Positions 21,264-30,774 of a DNA stretch of 64,000 nt are shown here, in pieces. A program made the translations under genes and the position numbers. The DNA lies in assembly GCA_963793305.1 (NCBI GenBank), contig CAWBZV010000003.1, positions 1,248,001-1,312,000 of the forward strand. Reading direction: 5' to 3'. This stretch comes from an uncultured Gemmatimonadales bacterium (GTDB lineage Bacteria > Gemmatimonadota > Gemmatimonadetes > Gemmatimonadales > Gemmatimonadaceae). How positions within the stretch are numbered: the first letter of the stretch is position 1; the number at the start of each line of letters is the position of its first letter. The notes beneath the pieces were generated by a model that had not been told where the DNA came from, ran no database searches, and worked only from the letters and a program-made list of their open reading frames with translations.

Positions 21264-21307
21264 GGGGCTATGATAGCGACGCCCCTCACACCCCGATCAC
21301 CAACAAA

Positions 21308-22246
21308 TCATTTCTTGCGATTCTGGACGTAGCGCCAGCCGAAGCGCCCTTTAATGCACAGATTCCCGCGGGTGATCGACACGTCATAGGGCGACGTCAC
21401 CTTCACGATCTCGTTGTCCTGCACGTGGAGCGTCAGCGTGCATCCGACGCCGCAGTACGGACAGATCGTATCGGTCTGTTTCTGCTTGCCCTCATCCCAC
21501 GTCCCCGCGGCTCTCCTATCATGCTCACTGGAAAACATGAGTGCACCGGTGGGACACACGGCAATGCAATTCCCGCAGTACACACAGGCCGACTCGGGAA
21601 GTGGGATGGCGAACTCAGTCGAGATTCTCGCATCGAACCCACGACCGGCCACGGCAATCGCAAACGTGTTTTGATAATCTGTTCCGCACGCCTCCACGCA
21701 CTTATAGCACAGGATGCATTTGCTATAATCCCGCATGTAGAGATCGTTGTCGATCTTCTCGGGTTGGCGTAGGGCCGCGGCGTACGCCGGATCTGGTGGT
21801 GCGTGATGCCCCGCGTGTGCCGCATCGCGCGTCGTGCTGCTTGGAGCCGGTGGGCCGTAGCGCTCGGGGTGACAATCGTACTCGGCAATCCACCCGGCGA
21901 CGTCGGGTGTCGTCGAGAGATCGACCGACGAGGCCAGGAATTCGAGCACCATCTTCCGACTGTGTTTCACCCGGTCGGTATTGGTCTTGACGACCATGCC
22001 GTTCTCGGCCTTCCGCGAGCACGCGGGGACGAGGACGCGCGAGTTCTCGACCTCGACGACGCACACGCGGCACGCGTTCACCGGGTGCAGCGTCTCGAGG
22101 TAGCACAGTGTCGGCTGCCGCTTGCCGATCGATGCGGCGGCGTCCAAGATCGTTGTGCCCTCCGGCACCGCGACCGTCTCACCGTCGATGGTGAGCGACA
22201 CGGTCCGCCGGGCCGAGCGCAGGGCTACCAACCCAGAATCACTCAT
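21308..22246 (-). CDS. Formate dehydrogenase Fe-S subunit (2Fe-2S, 2x4Fe-4S, molybdopterin-enzyme 4Fe-4S domain)
   Basis: PTLC..CRVC..C, CILCYKCVEAC, CVYCGNCIAVCP, CPYCGVGC...LCIKGRFG. Confidence 0.9.
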   Translation of the reverse strand: MSDSGLVALRSARRTVSLTIDGETVAVPEGTTILDAAASIGKRQPTLCYLETLHPVNACRVCVVEVENSRVLVPACSRKAENGMVVKTNTDRVKHSRKMVLEFLASSVDLSTTPDVAGWIAEYDCHPERYGPPAPSSTTRDAAHAGHHAPPDPAYAAALRQPEKIDNDLYMRDYSKCILCYKCVEACGTDYQNTFAIAVAGRGFDARISTEFAIPLPESACVYCGNCIAVCPTGALMFSSEHDRRAAGTWDEGKQKQTDTICPYCGVGCTLTLHVQDNEIVKVTSPYDVSITRGNLCIKGRFGWRYVQNRKK

Positions 22247-24071
22247 ACAGTCGCAAGCGTTCGATGGCCGATTCGACCGCACTGTACGCCGTCTGTCCGA
22301 GACCGCAGATCGACGCGTCTTTCATCCCTTGTCCAATTTCGTCGAGCAACGCGATCTCGTCCGCGACGCCACCGCGCGTGCGGCGCGACGCGATCCGGTG
22401 CAGCGCTTCTTCTTGCCGCACGGTCCCGACGCGACACGGCACGCACTGGCCACACGACTCGTCACGGAAGAAGGCGGCGATGCGCAGCAAGAGGTCCGTC
22501 AGGTCGACGGTATCGTCGAACGCGACGATCACACCCGAGCCGAGCGTCGCCTTCGCGGCGCGCACGCCTTCGAACGTGAGCGGCATATCGAGCTCGTCGG
22601 GCCGTACGAACAGTCCCGCGGCGCCGCCGAGGAGCACGGTTTTGAGCTTGCCTTGCACGCCGCCGGCCAGGTCGAGCATCTGGCCGAGCGTGACGCCGAA
22701 CGGCACCTCATACACGCCGGGCTTGCCGACGGCCCCGGAAAGACAGAAGAGCTTCGACCCCGTCGACATTCCACCCGCGCCGATCGCGGCGAACGCCGGG
22801 CCGCCGTCGAGGATGATCCGCGGGATGTTGGCGAGCGTCTCGACGTTGTTGATGAGCGTCGGTTTCTTGAAGACGCCGGATTCGACGGGGAAGGGCGGTT
22901 TGTTTCTCGGCTCGCCGCGGTAGCCCTCGATCGAATTGAACACCGCGGTCTCTTCGCCGCAGATGTACGCCCCGCCGCCAATTCTCAGCTCCAGTTGCAG
23001 CTCACCCAGGAATCCGTGCGCGGCCGATTGCGCGATCGCATGCTCGAGGCGCGCGGCGGCGAGAGGATATTCGCCGCGGATGTAGATGTACCCTTGCTCA
23101 CACCCGGTCGCAAACGCGGCGATCGCCATCGCCTCGATGACCGCAAACGGGTCCTCTTCCATGATGACCCGATCCTTAAACGTTCCGGGCTCGGACTCGT
23201 CGGCATTGCAGATGAGATAGTGCGGCCGCACCCCTTGCTTGGCCACGGCCTCCCATTTCTTCCCGGTTGGGAATGCCGCGCCACCACGGCCCATGAGCTT
23301 CGAGTCGTTGACCTCGCGGATCACCCCCTCGGGCCCGATCTCGTGTGCTCTGCGCAACCCCTCGAATCCGCCAGCCGCCCGATACGCGTCGAGGCTCGTC
23401 GGATCGACCACACCCACTCGCGCGAGTAGCCGGAGCTCAAGCGATCCCTGCTGCGGGATGCGGGGATGCGCCCGCTGTGTTGCCGTGTCATCTCCCCGCA
23501 GCACTGCCTCGGCGTCGGCAGCGGTGACGTTGCCGAACAAGTGGGCGTGCGGCTGGCGACCGGCGACTTGCAGGAACGCCGCGGGTGCTTGATCACAGAG
23601 GCCGAGGCATGGGCTCCTGAGCCAGATCGTATCCGACCCGTTGACGGTCGTATGATCGCCGTTCGGTGCGTGATACGGCTCGCCGAGCGAATCGAGAACC
23701 GCCTTGGCGCCACGTGTGCGGCAGACAACATCGTCGCAGACGTGAAGGACCCGAGGCGGCCGAGGTTCCATCGAGAGCAGCGCGTAGAACGTCGCGACGC
23801 CGTACGCCTCGGCCGGCGGCACGCCGAGCCGCGTGCAGACGTACGTGAACGCGCCTTCGCTGATCCACCCCATGCGCGCCTGCACCGCCTCCAACGCCGG
23901 CAACAACCGATGCCGCTCGGCGCGCACCGCATGGCCGCCAATGGCGATGCGCCCGTCCCGCGCCGCCTCTCGCGTGCCACCGTCCCACCCCAATGTCGGA
24001 GCCCCCAGCACCGCGTCGACCGCTTCGCGTTCCTCGGCTGTCGCTTCCGCAGCCGACAGGTGCAGGTCCAT
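22239..24071 (-). CDS. NuoE+NuoF-like fused NAD(H)-binding flavoprotein subunit
   Basis: CDDVVC, CLGLC, GRGGAAFP, NADESEPGTFKDR, GAYICGEETA, ESCGQCVPCRVG. Confidence 0.92.
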   Translation of the reverse strand: MDLHLSAAEATAEEREAVDAVLGAPTLGWDGGTREAARDGRIAIGGHAVRAERHRLLPALEAVQARMGWISEGAFTYVCTRLGVPPAEAYGVATFYALLSMEPRPPRVLHVCDDVVCRTRGAKAVLDSLGEPYHAPNGDHTTVNGSDTIWLRSPCLGLCDQAPAAFLQVAGRQPHAHLFGNVTAADAEAVLRGDDTATQRAHPRIPQQGSLELRLLARVGVVDPTSLDAYRAAGGFEGLRRAHEIGPEGVIREVNDSKLMGRGGAAFPTGKKWEAVAKQGVRPHYLICNADESEPGTFKDRVIMEEDPFAVIEAMAIAAFATGCEQGYIYIRGEYPLAAARLEHAIAQSAAHGFLGELQLELRIGGGAYICGEETAVFNSIEGYRGEPRNKPPFPVESGVFKKPTLINNVETLANIPRIILDGGPAFAAIGAGGMSTGSKLFCLSGAVGKPGVYEVPFGVTLGQMLDLAGGVQGKLKTVLLGGAAGLFVRPDELDMPLTFEGVRAAKATLGSGVIVAFDDTVDLTDLLLRIAAFFRDESCGQCVPCRVGTVRQEEALHRIASRRTRGGVADEIALLDEIGQGMKDASICGLGQTAYSAVESAIERLRLYE

Positions 24072-26020
24072 CAATCGTCTCCGTGCACGAGCTCAGCGCG
24101 TTGCCCGGCCTTGCTCGGCGCCACGCGGATCGGCTCGACCTGTACGGCGCATGCCTTGAACTCCGCGGTCCCGGACACCGGGTCGCTGACGTCGATCGTG
24201 AGTTGGTTCACCTTCACTTCGTCCTGGAAATGGAACGTCATGAAGACGAGTCCAGGCCGGAGCGCCGAATCGATGTGCGCCGGCGCGATCACGTTGCCGC
24301 GCCGCGACGACACCCGCACAGAGTCGCCCTCTTCGACATCCATTCGCGCCGCATCCTCGGGCGAGATATCCAGCGTCTCGGGGCGCCGGAGCGGTGAGCT
24401 ATAGCCGCCCGTCTGCACGCCGGTATTGTACGAGTCGAGCCGCCGGCCAGTCGTGAGCAAGAACGGGTAGTCGTCGTCCGGCATCTCGACCGGCGGATCA
24501 TTCAGTACAACGGTGAACGGCGCGGGCCGCCCACGCTTGATCGGATCTTCTTCCCACAGGCGGTCGTGCAGGAACTGACTCCCCGCGTGCGACTCGTCGG
24601 GGCACGGCCACTGCAGACCCTTGTGCTCCTCGAGGCGCTTGTACGACATCCCGCCGAACATGGCCGGCGCGACCACGCGCAGCTCGTTCCAGACTTCCTC
24701 GGCGGTCGGCTGGCCCCAGTCGACACCAAGGCGCTTGGCGATCTCCGAGATGATCCACATGTCATCCCGGGCGTTGCCGGGCGGTTCGAGCGCTTTGCGC
24801 ACGCGCTGCACACGGCGCTCGCTGTTCGTCACCGTGCCCTCGGACTCGCACCAGCTCGACGAGGCCGGGAAGACGACATCGGCCATCTGTGCGGTACGAG
24901 TCAAGAAGATGTCCTGGACCACCAAAATATCGAGGCCGCGCAGCATCGCTTCCGTATGATGCTGGTCGGCCTCGGATTGTGCGGGGTTCTCGCCAATGAC
25001 GTACAGGCCCTTCTGTCGGCCGTCCTTCATGGCCTCGAACATTTGCGTGAGCGTCCGGCCGAACTCGGGGCTCAAGTGTACGCCCCACTGCTTCTCGAAT
25101 CGCGCGCGGATCGCGTCGTCGTGCTGGTCTTGGAACCCCGGGAGGCGGTTAGGGATCGCGCCCATATCGCCGCCTCCCTGCACGTTATTCTGGCCTCTCA
25201 GTGGATTGAGACCCGAGCCGTATTTGCCCACATGGCCGGTAAGCAACGCGAGATTGATCAGGCTCAGAACATTGTCGACCGCGTTGTGGTGCTCCGTAAT
25301 GCCCAATGTCCAACAGATCATAGCTCGATCAGCCCGGGCATAGGCAAGCGCGGCTTCCTCTATGTACTTGCCGGGAACCCCGGTCGCTCGCTCCGCGAGC
25401 TCCAGCGTGTACGACTCGACCGACGCGCGGTAATTCTCGTAGTTCGTGGTGCCGCGAGCGATAAATGCTTCGTTCGTGAGGCCGGCGTGAATGATCACGC
25501 GGGCCATCGCGTTGGACAGAGCAATGTCAGAGCCGACGTTGATGCCGAGCCACATATCGCCCCACTGGGCCGTAGACGTGCGCCGGGGATCCACGACGTA
25601 CGCGCGCGCGCCGTTGTGGATGCCCTTCAAGACGTGATGGAAGAAGATCGGGTGATTTTCGCGGGCGTTCGCGCCCCACATGAAAATCACGTCGGTCTCC
25701 TCGGCCTCACGGTACGAGCTGGTCCCGCCGCCAGCCCCAAACGCTGTCGCCAGACCGGCGACGCTAGGAGCGTGTCACGTTCGGTTGCAGCTATCGATAT
25801 TGTGGGTGCCGAACACGACCCGGGCGAGCTTCTGCGCCAGGAAATTCATCTCGTTGCTCGCCTTCGAGCACGAGAAGATGCCCAGTGCGTCCCCCCCATG
25901 CGTGTCCTTCACCCGCCGGAACCCCGAGACCGCCCGGTCGAGCGCCTCTTCCCACGAGGCCACCCGCAGCGTATCTCCGTCTCTGACCATGGGTTCCGTC
26001 AATCGAACATATGGCGCCAT
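24071..26020 (-). CDS. fdhA: Selenocysteine-containing Mo/W formate dehydrogenase catalytic subunit (649 aa)
   Basis: ORFs 25775..26044 and 24071..25690 are in one frame, joined by TGA at 25775-25777 in NIDSCNRT-U-HAPSV; RGQNNVQG motif. Confidence 0.93.
25741..25777 (-). promoter_or_regulatory. Bacterial SECIS element
   Basis: TGA CACGCTCCTAGC GTCGCC GGTCT GGCGAC: 6-bp stem with GGUCU loop 12 nt after UGA, similar to the fdhF SECIS. Confidence 0.85.
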
Positions 26021-26110
26021 ATGGTCTCCGAGTTCGCCCAACACTTAAGCTTGACGGCTGGGCGCGCCAGGGGCAAATCAAACCTACAGATCAGAACATA
26101 CGTCCGGTCT

Positions 26111-26782
26111 ATGTACTCGGCGGAATTCGAGGTTCTCGTAGCGGCCAATCGCGGCATTGTGTTCAGCACTGTGAGTCGAGCGCTGTTACATGAGCTGAGA
26201 ACGCCGACCCAAGCATTGGCGCTGGCTGGCGAGATGATCGCGCGGGACGGTGCGGTGCTGACCGGTCCCGTGCGCCAGGCGCTCGGAAGCCACGCGCGGC
26301 AGTTACGCCCGCTGCTGGACCTGGTATCACGAGCCCAGCAGCGCCCCACGGACAATGAGCCCGAACCGGTCGCCCTCCGCGACCTGGTGGAGCTGCTGCA
26401 GACCACACACCGCGGCCTGCCCGGCGCGGGCACGCTCGACGCGTCGAGCCTGGCGCGACCGGACCTGCCCGCGGTCAAAGCAAATGGCCTCGTCCTCTCG
26501 CATGTCGTCCTGAATCTCGTGCTCAACGCGTTCGAGGTGGACGCACAGACGATCAAACTCACGGCGGAGCCGCGCGGGACGACGGTCGACATCGCGATCG
26601 AAGACGATGGCCCGGGTATCGCACCGTCGATGCGTCATCGCTTGTTCGAACCGTTCGCAACTACCAAGCAGGCGCCAGTCGCGGGACTGGGCCTGGCGGT
26701 TGCGCGCTACCTCGTCACGCCGTGGGGCGGTACGCTCGTCCACCACGGCGCGGCATTCGTGCTCACGCTGGACGCTTGGTAG
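26111..26782 (+). CDS. Sensor-less histidine kinase (HisKA + HATPase only)
   Basis: HELRTP, NLVLNAFE, EDDGPGI, FEPFATTK, GLGLAV; only about 25 aa precede the H-box. Confidence 0.85.
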   Translation: MYSAEFEVLVAANRGIVFSTVSRALLHELRTPTQALALAGEMIARDGAVLTGPVRQALGSHARQLRPLLDLVSRAQQRPTDNEPEPVALRDLVELLQTTHRGLPGAGTLDASSLARPDLPAVKANGLVLSHVVLNLVLNAFEVDAQTIKLTAEPRGTTVDIAIEDDGPGIAPSMRHRLFEPFATTKQAPVAGLGLAVARYLVTPWGGTLVHHGAAFVLTLDAW

Positions 26783-27110
26783 CGAACAGCTGCTGCACAT
26801 AGGCGTCGCCATCTTCGAGCGTGTGGCGCAGCATACGCTGGTTGACCACGGCCTCGCCCGCGATGGCCACGCCCGCCGCGGCCCGCACGGTCAGCGGTCG
26901 CGCGCCGGCGAGCGCCGCCGACGTGCGGCTCACGACGTTGGAGCTGACGATGACCTCCGCGCTGTCGCCATGCTCGATCGCCTCGCGCTGACGCAGCAGC
27001 GCTTGCCGCAGGTCTTCCATGAGCCGTGGCTCGGCGTCATGATGCACCGCGCGCAGCGCATCCATCGTCGCCGCGTAGGCGCGCTGGATGGGCACGATCC
27101 CGACCGTCAT
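26763..27110 (-). CDS. Small helical protein, FlgN-like candidate
   Basis: ATGA-coupled to fliA; L..QR.AI..GD and N..ML pattern reminiscent of FlgN. Confidence 0.45.
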   Translation of the reverse strand: MTVGIVPIQRAYAATMDALRAVHHDAEPRLMEDLRQALLRQREAIEHGDSAEVIVSSNVVSRTSAALAGARPLTVRAAAGVAIAGEAVVNQRMLRHTLEDGDAYVQQLFATKRPA

Positions 27111-27883
27111 GCGACGCGGCAGTTGGGCGACAGACGATCGCGGAGCTTACGCAAGGTCTGCGTGCGAATCTGGCACACGCGCGACTCGGTCAGCTTGAGC
27201 ACCTCGCCGATCTGCTTCAGGGTCAATTCTTCGAAGAAGTAGAGCGCCAGCACCGTCCGCTCCTTCTCCGGCAACTCGGCGATCGCCGCGCGCACCAGTG
27301 CGCGCTGCTCTTCTGCTTGCAGCTCGTCGCCCGGCAAAACCGCGTCGGGATCGTCGAGCGTGTCCTCGAGCGTCGCGCCGTCATCGTCCGCGATCGGACG
27401 CTGGTGGATCGATACCATGGCCGTGCCTTCGATCGTCGACTGCCAGGCCCAGTAGGTCGAGAGATCGATACCCAACGCCTCGGCGATTTCGCGCGGCTCG
27501 GGCGCGCGGCCGTGCTCGCGCTCGAGCTTGGCGACCGCCGCCGTCTGCTGGCGGCTCTTGAGGCGCACGGACCGCGGAGACCAATCGTTCGCCCGCAAAT
27601 CGTCCAGGATCGATCCGCGGATCCTGGTCATCGCGTACGTACTGAACGCGAGCCCGCGCGAGACATTGAACGTCTCGAGCGCGCGCATGAGGCCGAACGT
27701 GCCGGCGCTCACCAGATCGCCGAGCTCCAGAGACGGCGTGCGCGCCGCGATCTCGCGGGCCGCGTGGTGCACGAGGCCGAGGTACTGCTCCAACAGCTGC
27801 GTGCGGGCGTCCGCGTCACCGGTCGCCCGGTAACGGGACCACAGGGCGTCGGTCATGATGCTCTCCGGATCATTGTGAGGCAT
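27107..27883 (-). CDS. fliA: Sigma28 (FliA/WhiG family) sigma factor
   Basis: DLVSAGTFGL, FSTYAMTRIRGSILDDLR.NDW.PRSVR, EELTLKQIGEVLKLTESRVCQI. Confidence 0.93.
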   Translation of the reverse strand: MPHNDPESIMTDALWSRYRATGDADARTQLLEQYLGLVHHAAREIAARTPSLELGDLVSAGTFGLMRALETFNVSRGLAFSTYAMTRIRGSILDDLRANDWSPRSVRLKSRQQTAAVAKLEREHGRAPEPREIAEALGIDLSTYWAWQSTIEGTAMVSIHQRPIADDDGATLEDTLDDPDAVLPGDELQAEEQRALVRAAIAELPEKERTVLALYFFEELTLKQIGEVLKLTESRVCQIRTQTLRKLRDRLSPNCRVA

Positions 27884-28575
27884 TCCTCGGGGTCCCGCGC
27901 GGCCAGGGCCAGCGACGGGTCCTCGGCGACGGCGCCGACGTAGCGGATCTCGCGATTGAGAAAATGGTCGCAGGCCGTCGCGAGCTTGCCGAATGCGGCC
28001 ACGCCGTCCGCATCGCTCTGGCAACGGTTGACGAGCACGTCGATCGGGATCTCGGGCGTGCGCAGGTGGGCGATTTTCATGAGCGCGTACGCGCCGGTCA
28101 GCGCCGCCGGCTCTGGCGTGGCGACGACGACGAGGCGATCCGCCGAGATCGTGGCCGTGCGAACCGCGCCATCGAGGCCCGATCCCGAGTCCACGATGAC
28201 GAGATCGTAGTTCGAGAACACGGCCGAGAGGCGCAGCTCCAACCGCGCGCGTTCGAGCGCCGAGAGATCGTGCAAGCGCTCGACTCCGCAGGTTCCTGGG
28301 AGGAGCCAAAGGTTGCGGCTGACGCGGCACACCAGGTCATCCGGCTCCAGTGGGCTATCGAGGAGCGCATCGACCCGCGCGGCCGGCCTTAAGCCCAGGA
28401 GCACATGCAGCGTGCCGAGGCTGAGGTCCGCGTCGAACAGCAGCACCCGGCGGCCCGCGCTCGCGGCTTCGGCGGCGAGCAGGATCGAGAGGAGCGACTT
28501 GCCGACGCCGCCCTTGCCGCTGCCGACGAGCACGACGTGCGGGGCGTCGTCGTCGAGTAAGAATCGCGTGATCAT
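27853..28575 (-). CDS. flhG: FlhG/FleN-like MinD ATPase
   Basis: SGKGGVGKS, DADL.LG.LHVLLG, DSGSG, TPEPAALTGAYALMK; directly upstream of fliA. Confidence 0.8.
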   Translation of the reverse strand: MITRFLLDDDAPHVVLVGSGKGGVGKSLLSILLAAEAASAGRRVLLFDADLSLGTLHVLLGLRPAARVDALLDSPLEPDDLVCRVSRNLWLLPGTCGVERLHDLSALERARLELRLSAVFSNYDLVIVDSGSGLDGAVRTATISADRLVVVATPEPAALTGAYALMKIAHLRTPEIPIDVLVNRCQSDADGVAAFGKLATACDHFLNREIRYVGAVAEDPSLALAARDPEECLTMIRRAS

Positions 28576-28588
28576 CGGCCGCTCTAAA

Positions 28589-28605
28589 AGCAAGGCGCGT
28601 GCCGA
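28589..28605 (-). promoter_or_regulatory. Sigma54 promoter of the flhG-fliA operon
   Basis: Minus strand TCGGCACGCGCCTTGCT (GG-N10-GC), 13 nt before the flhG ATG. Confidence 0.85.
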
Positions 28606-28656
28606 GCTCGGCCGTTCGCGTATCTCGTTAAATTATATACTGTTACCCATTAGACG

Positions 28657-28717
28657 CCGGCAATAATTCACGGCGATCCATGCAGAAATTGCCGGTGCTG
28701 CCGGGTCAATTCTGCCG
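28657..28717. promoter_or_regulatory. Candidate enhancer (UAS) for the sigma54 activator
   Basis: Three CGGCA-containing sites (CGGCAATAATTC, TGCAGAAATTGCCG, GGGTCAATTCTGCCG) about 80-140 nt upstream of the promoter, separated from it by an AT-rich tract at 28621-28652. Confidence 0.6.
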
Positions 28718-30037
28718 AGCGTTCTTTCCGTTCAGCTTATTGCGCAGCGTCCGCTCGCTAATCCCGAGCAACTTGGCGGCCCGGGTGCGATTCCCGCGGG
28801 TTTGGATCAACGCCTTTCCAATCGTGTCGCGCTCGATGATGTCGAGATCAAACAAGTCCGACCCGTTGGCGACCGGTGTCGCTGGGGTCCCAGCCAAATC
28901 CACGAAATGGTGCGCTTCGAGCGTCCCATTCCGCGACAGAATAGCCGCTCGCTCGATCGCATTGGCGAGCTCGCGGACGTTTCCCGGCCAGTCCGCCGCG
29001 ACCAACAGCTGCATAGCCGCCGGCGCAATACTGAGACCCTCGGACGCGCGTTGCATGAAGTGATGCGCGAGGCGAGGGATGTCTTCACGGCGTTCCCGCA
29101 GCGGGATGGTGCGGATCGGCATGACGTTCAGCCGATAGAAGAGATCACTCCGAAAGCGCCCATCATCAACGGCCGCCTTCAGGTCACGATTGGTGGTCGC
29201 GATGATCCTGACGTCGACCTTGATCGGCTGGCTCCCGCCGACGCGCTCGAATTCCTGCTCCTGGATGACGCGCAGGAGCTTGGCCTGAAGATCGAGGCGC
29301 ATCTCGGTGATCTCGTCGAGCAAGAGCGTCCCGCCGTGCGCGCGCTCGAACGCCCCTGCTGTCCTGACCGTGGCCCCGGTAAACGCGCCCTTCTCATGCC
29401 CAAACAGCGCACTCTCCACCAGCCCTTCGGGGACCGCCGCGCAGTTGATGGTTATGAAAGGACCATCAGCTCGAGGACTCTGATCATGTACCGCACGGGC
29501 AAAGAGCTCTTTGCCCGTACCGGATTCGCCTTGTAGAAGAACCGTTGCCCGCGTAGGGGCGACCATGGCGATCATGTCCATGATAGCGCGGAACGGCTCG
29601 CTCTCGCCGACGAGTTGGCGGGTCGAGCGCAGGACCCGCAGCTCGGTACGGATCGACTCGTTCTCCCGCCGCAGCCGGATCATCTCCAGCGCCTGCCGGA
29701 GCGCGACTTCGAGCGTGTCGGCCATCACCGGCTTCGTGAGATAGTCGATCGCGCCAGTCTTGATCGACGCAACGGCATTCTCGATGCTGGAGAACCCGGT
29801 CATGATGATGACCGGTACGCGATGCCCGTCGCGCTCCAGCATTCGGATGAGATCGAGCCCGGTCTGCCCGGGCATGATGTAGTCGGAGATGATGAGATCG
29901 ATCCCACCGCCCGCCACGGTGTTCAACGCGTCGTCGACGCTGGAGACCACGATGGGCGTGTGCCCCATGGTGTTCAGGGCGTGCTCCAGCACCGCCGACA
30001 CCGCTGCCTCGTCGTCTACACAGAGGATCGTCGCCAT
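28706..30037 (-). CDS. Sigma54-dependent response regulator, FlbD/FleR-like
   Basis: REC (VDDE, SDYIMP), [46 protein letters not shown]. Confidence 0.93.
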   Translation of the reverse strand: MATILCVDDEAAVSAVLEHALNTMGHTPIVVSSVDDALNTVAGGGIDLIISDYIMPGQTGLDLIRMLERDGHRVPVIIMTGFSSIENAVASIKTGAIDYLTKPVMADTLEVALRQALEMIRLRRENESIRTELRVLRSTRQLVGESEPFRAIMDMIAMVAPTRATVLLQGESGTGKELFARAVHDQSPRADGPFITINCAAVPEGLVESALFGHEKGAFTGATVRTAGAFERAHGGTLLLDEITEMRLDLQAKLLRVIQEQEFERVGGSQPIKVDVRIIATTNRDLKAAVDDGRFRSDLFYRLNVMPIRTIPLRERREDIPRLAHHFMQRASEGLSIAPAAMQLLVAADWPGNVRELANAIERAAILSRNGTLEAHHFVDLAGTPATPVANGSDLFDLDIIERDTIGKALIQTRGNRTRAAKLLGISERTLRNKLNGKNARQN

Positions 30038-30080
30038 GTGCGGTTTTAGCTCGTCGCGGGACCGGTCGATACTCGTCGAT

Positions 30081-30284
30081 ATGACGCCGCACGTCCGAGT
30101 CCAGCAACTGATGCGCGATGGCTGCGCGAACCACGCCGCGGGGCGGATTGCCGACGCGGCCATTCTGTACCTCAAGGCCCTGACGATCGATACCCACAAC
30201 GACGGCGCCCGGCACCTCTTCGATGTCGCGGCCGGCCAGCTGGGTCTACGGCTCGCCGAACGCCAGTCGGGCGACCTCGGATAA
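30081..30284 (+). CDS. Small single-TPR-like protein (67 aa)
   Basis: H.AGR..DA...Y.KAL.ID..N..A.HL pattern; GTCGATAC box 8 nt upstream. Confidence 0.55.
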   Translation: MTPHVRVQQLMRDGCANHAAGRIADAAILYLKALTIDTHNDGARHLFDVAAGQLGLRLAERQSGDLG

Positions 30285-30734
30285 CCGCCGCTCGAGCTGC
30301 GCCGGGTCGTCCAGTACTTCCGCAAAGCTCACGGTCGCAACCCGCCCCCGCGATGGCATCGCGATCACAATGGGCGGCCGAACATAGTAGGGATAGTGAG
30401 GTTGCCAACGCCGGTACACGCGATCCTCGAGGGATCGGGACTTAGGTCTAAGTGTCGTGAGGTCCACGAGACTCGTGCGGTCACCATAGCGGGGTATCCA
30501 GCGCGCGATGACCACTTCATGCCACGGTGTTCCGGGCTCGAACGGGATCACAACCCGGCCATGGTTGCCCCAATGCCGCCGCCAGGCTCGGCGCAGCCAG
30601 TAGTCGCTCCAGGCCAGGACGGGCCACCAAAAGATCACGATGCCGGCGACGACGACGGCCATCACCGGGATGTACGCGAGGCGCCCGAGCGTCGACTCGA
30701 CGTACACCCGTGAGTTTCGTGAGAGGGGCCTCAT
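30246..30734 (-). CDS. Hypothetical membrane-anchored protein
   Basis: One TM segment, Trp/Arg-rich; start uncertain. Confidence 0.5.
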   Translation of the reverse strand: MRPLSRNSRVYVESTLGRLAYIPVMAVVVAGIVIFWWPVLAWSDYWLRRAWRRHWGNHGRVVIPFEPGTPWHEVVIARWIPRYGDRTSLVDLTTLRPKSRSLEDRVYRRWQPHYPYYVRPPIVIAMPSRGRVATVSFAEVLDDPAQLERRLSEVARLAFGEP

Positions 30735-30740
30735 AACCCC

Positions 30741-30767
30741 TCAAGTTCCTCCTGGACCCGCCGATAC
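30741..30767 (+). promoter_or_regulatory. Sigma28 promoter
   Basis: TCAA-N15-GCCGATAC versus consensus TAAA-N15-GCCGATAA; ATG 7 nt downstream. Confidence 0.8.
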
Positions 30768-30774
30768 TAGACCC

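Noticed and set aside
25775..26044. FDH as a pseudogene or two separate ORFs
   Set aside because: The stop is an in-frame TGA at the catalytic Cys/Sec position with a SECIS-like hairpin
24566..26110. 738-aa histidine kinase with a long N-terminal sensor
   Set aside because: The extension is the antisense shadow of fdhA; kinase-like sequence begins near 26111
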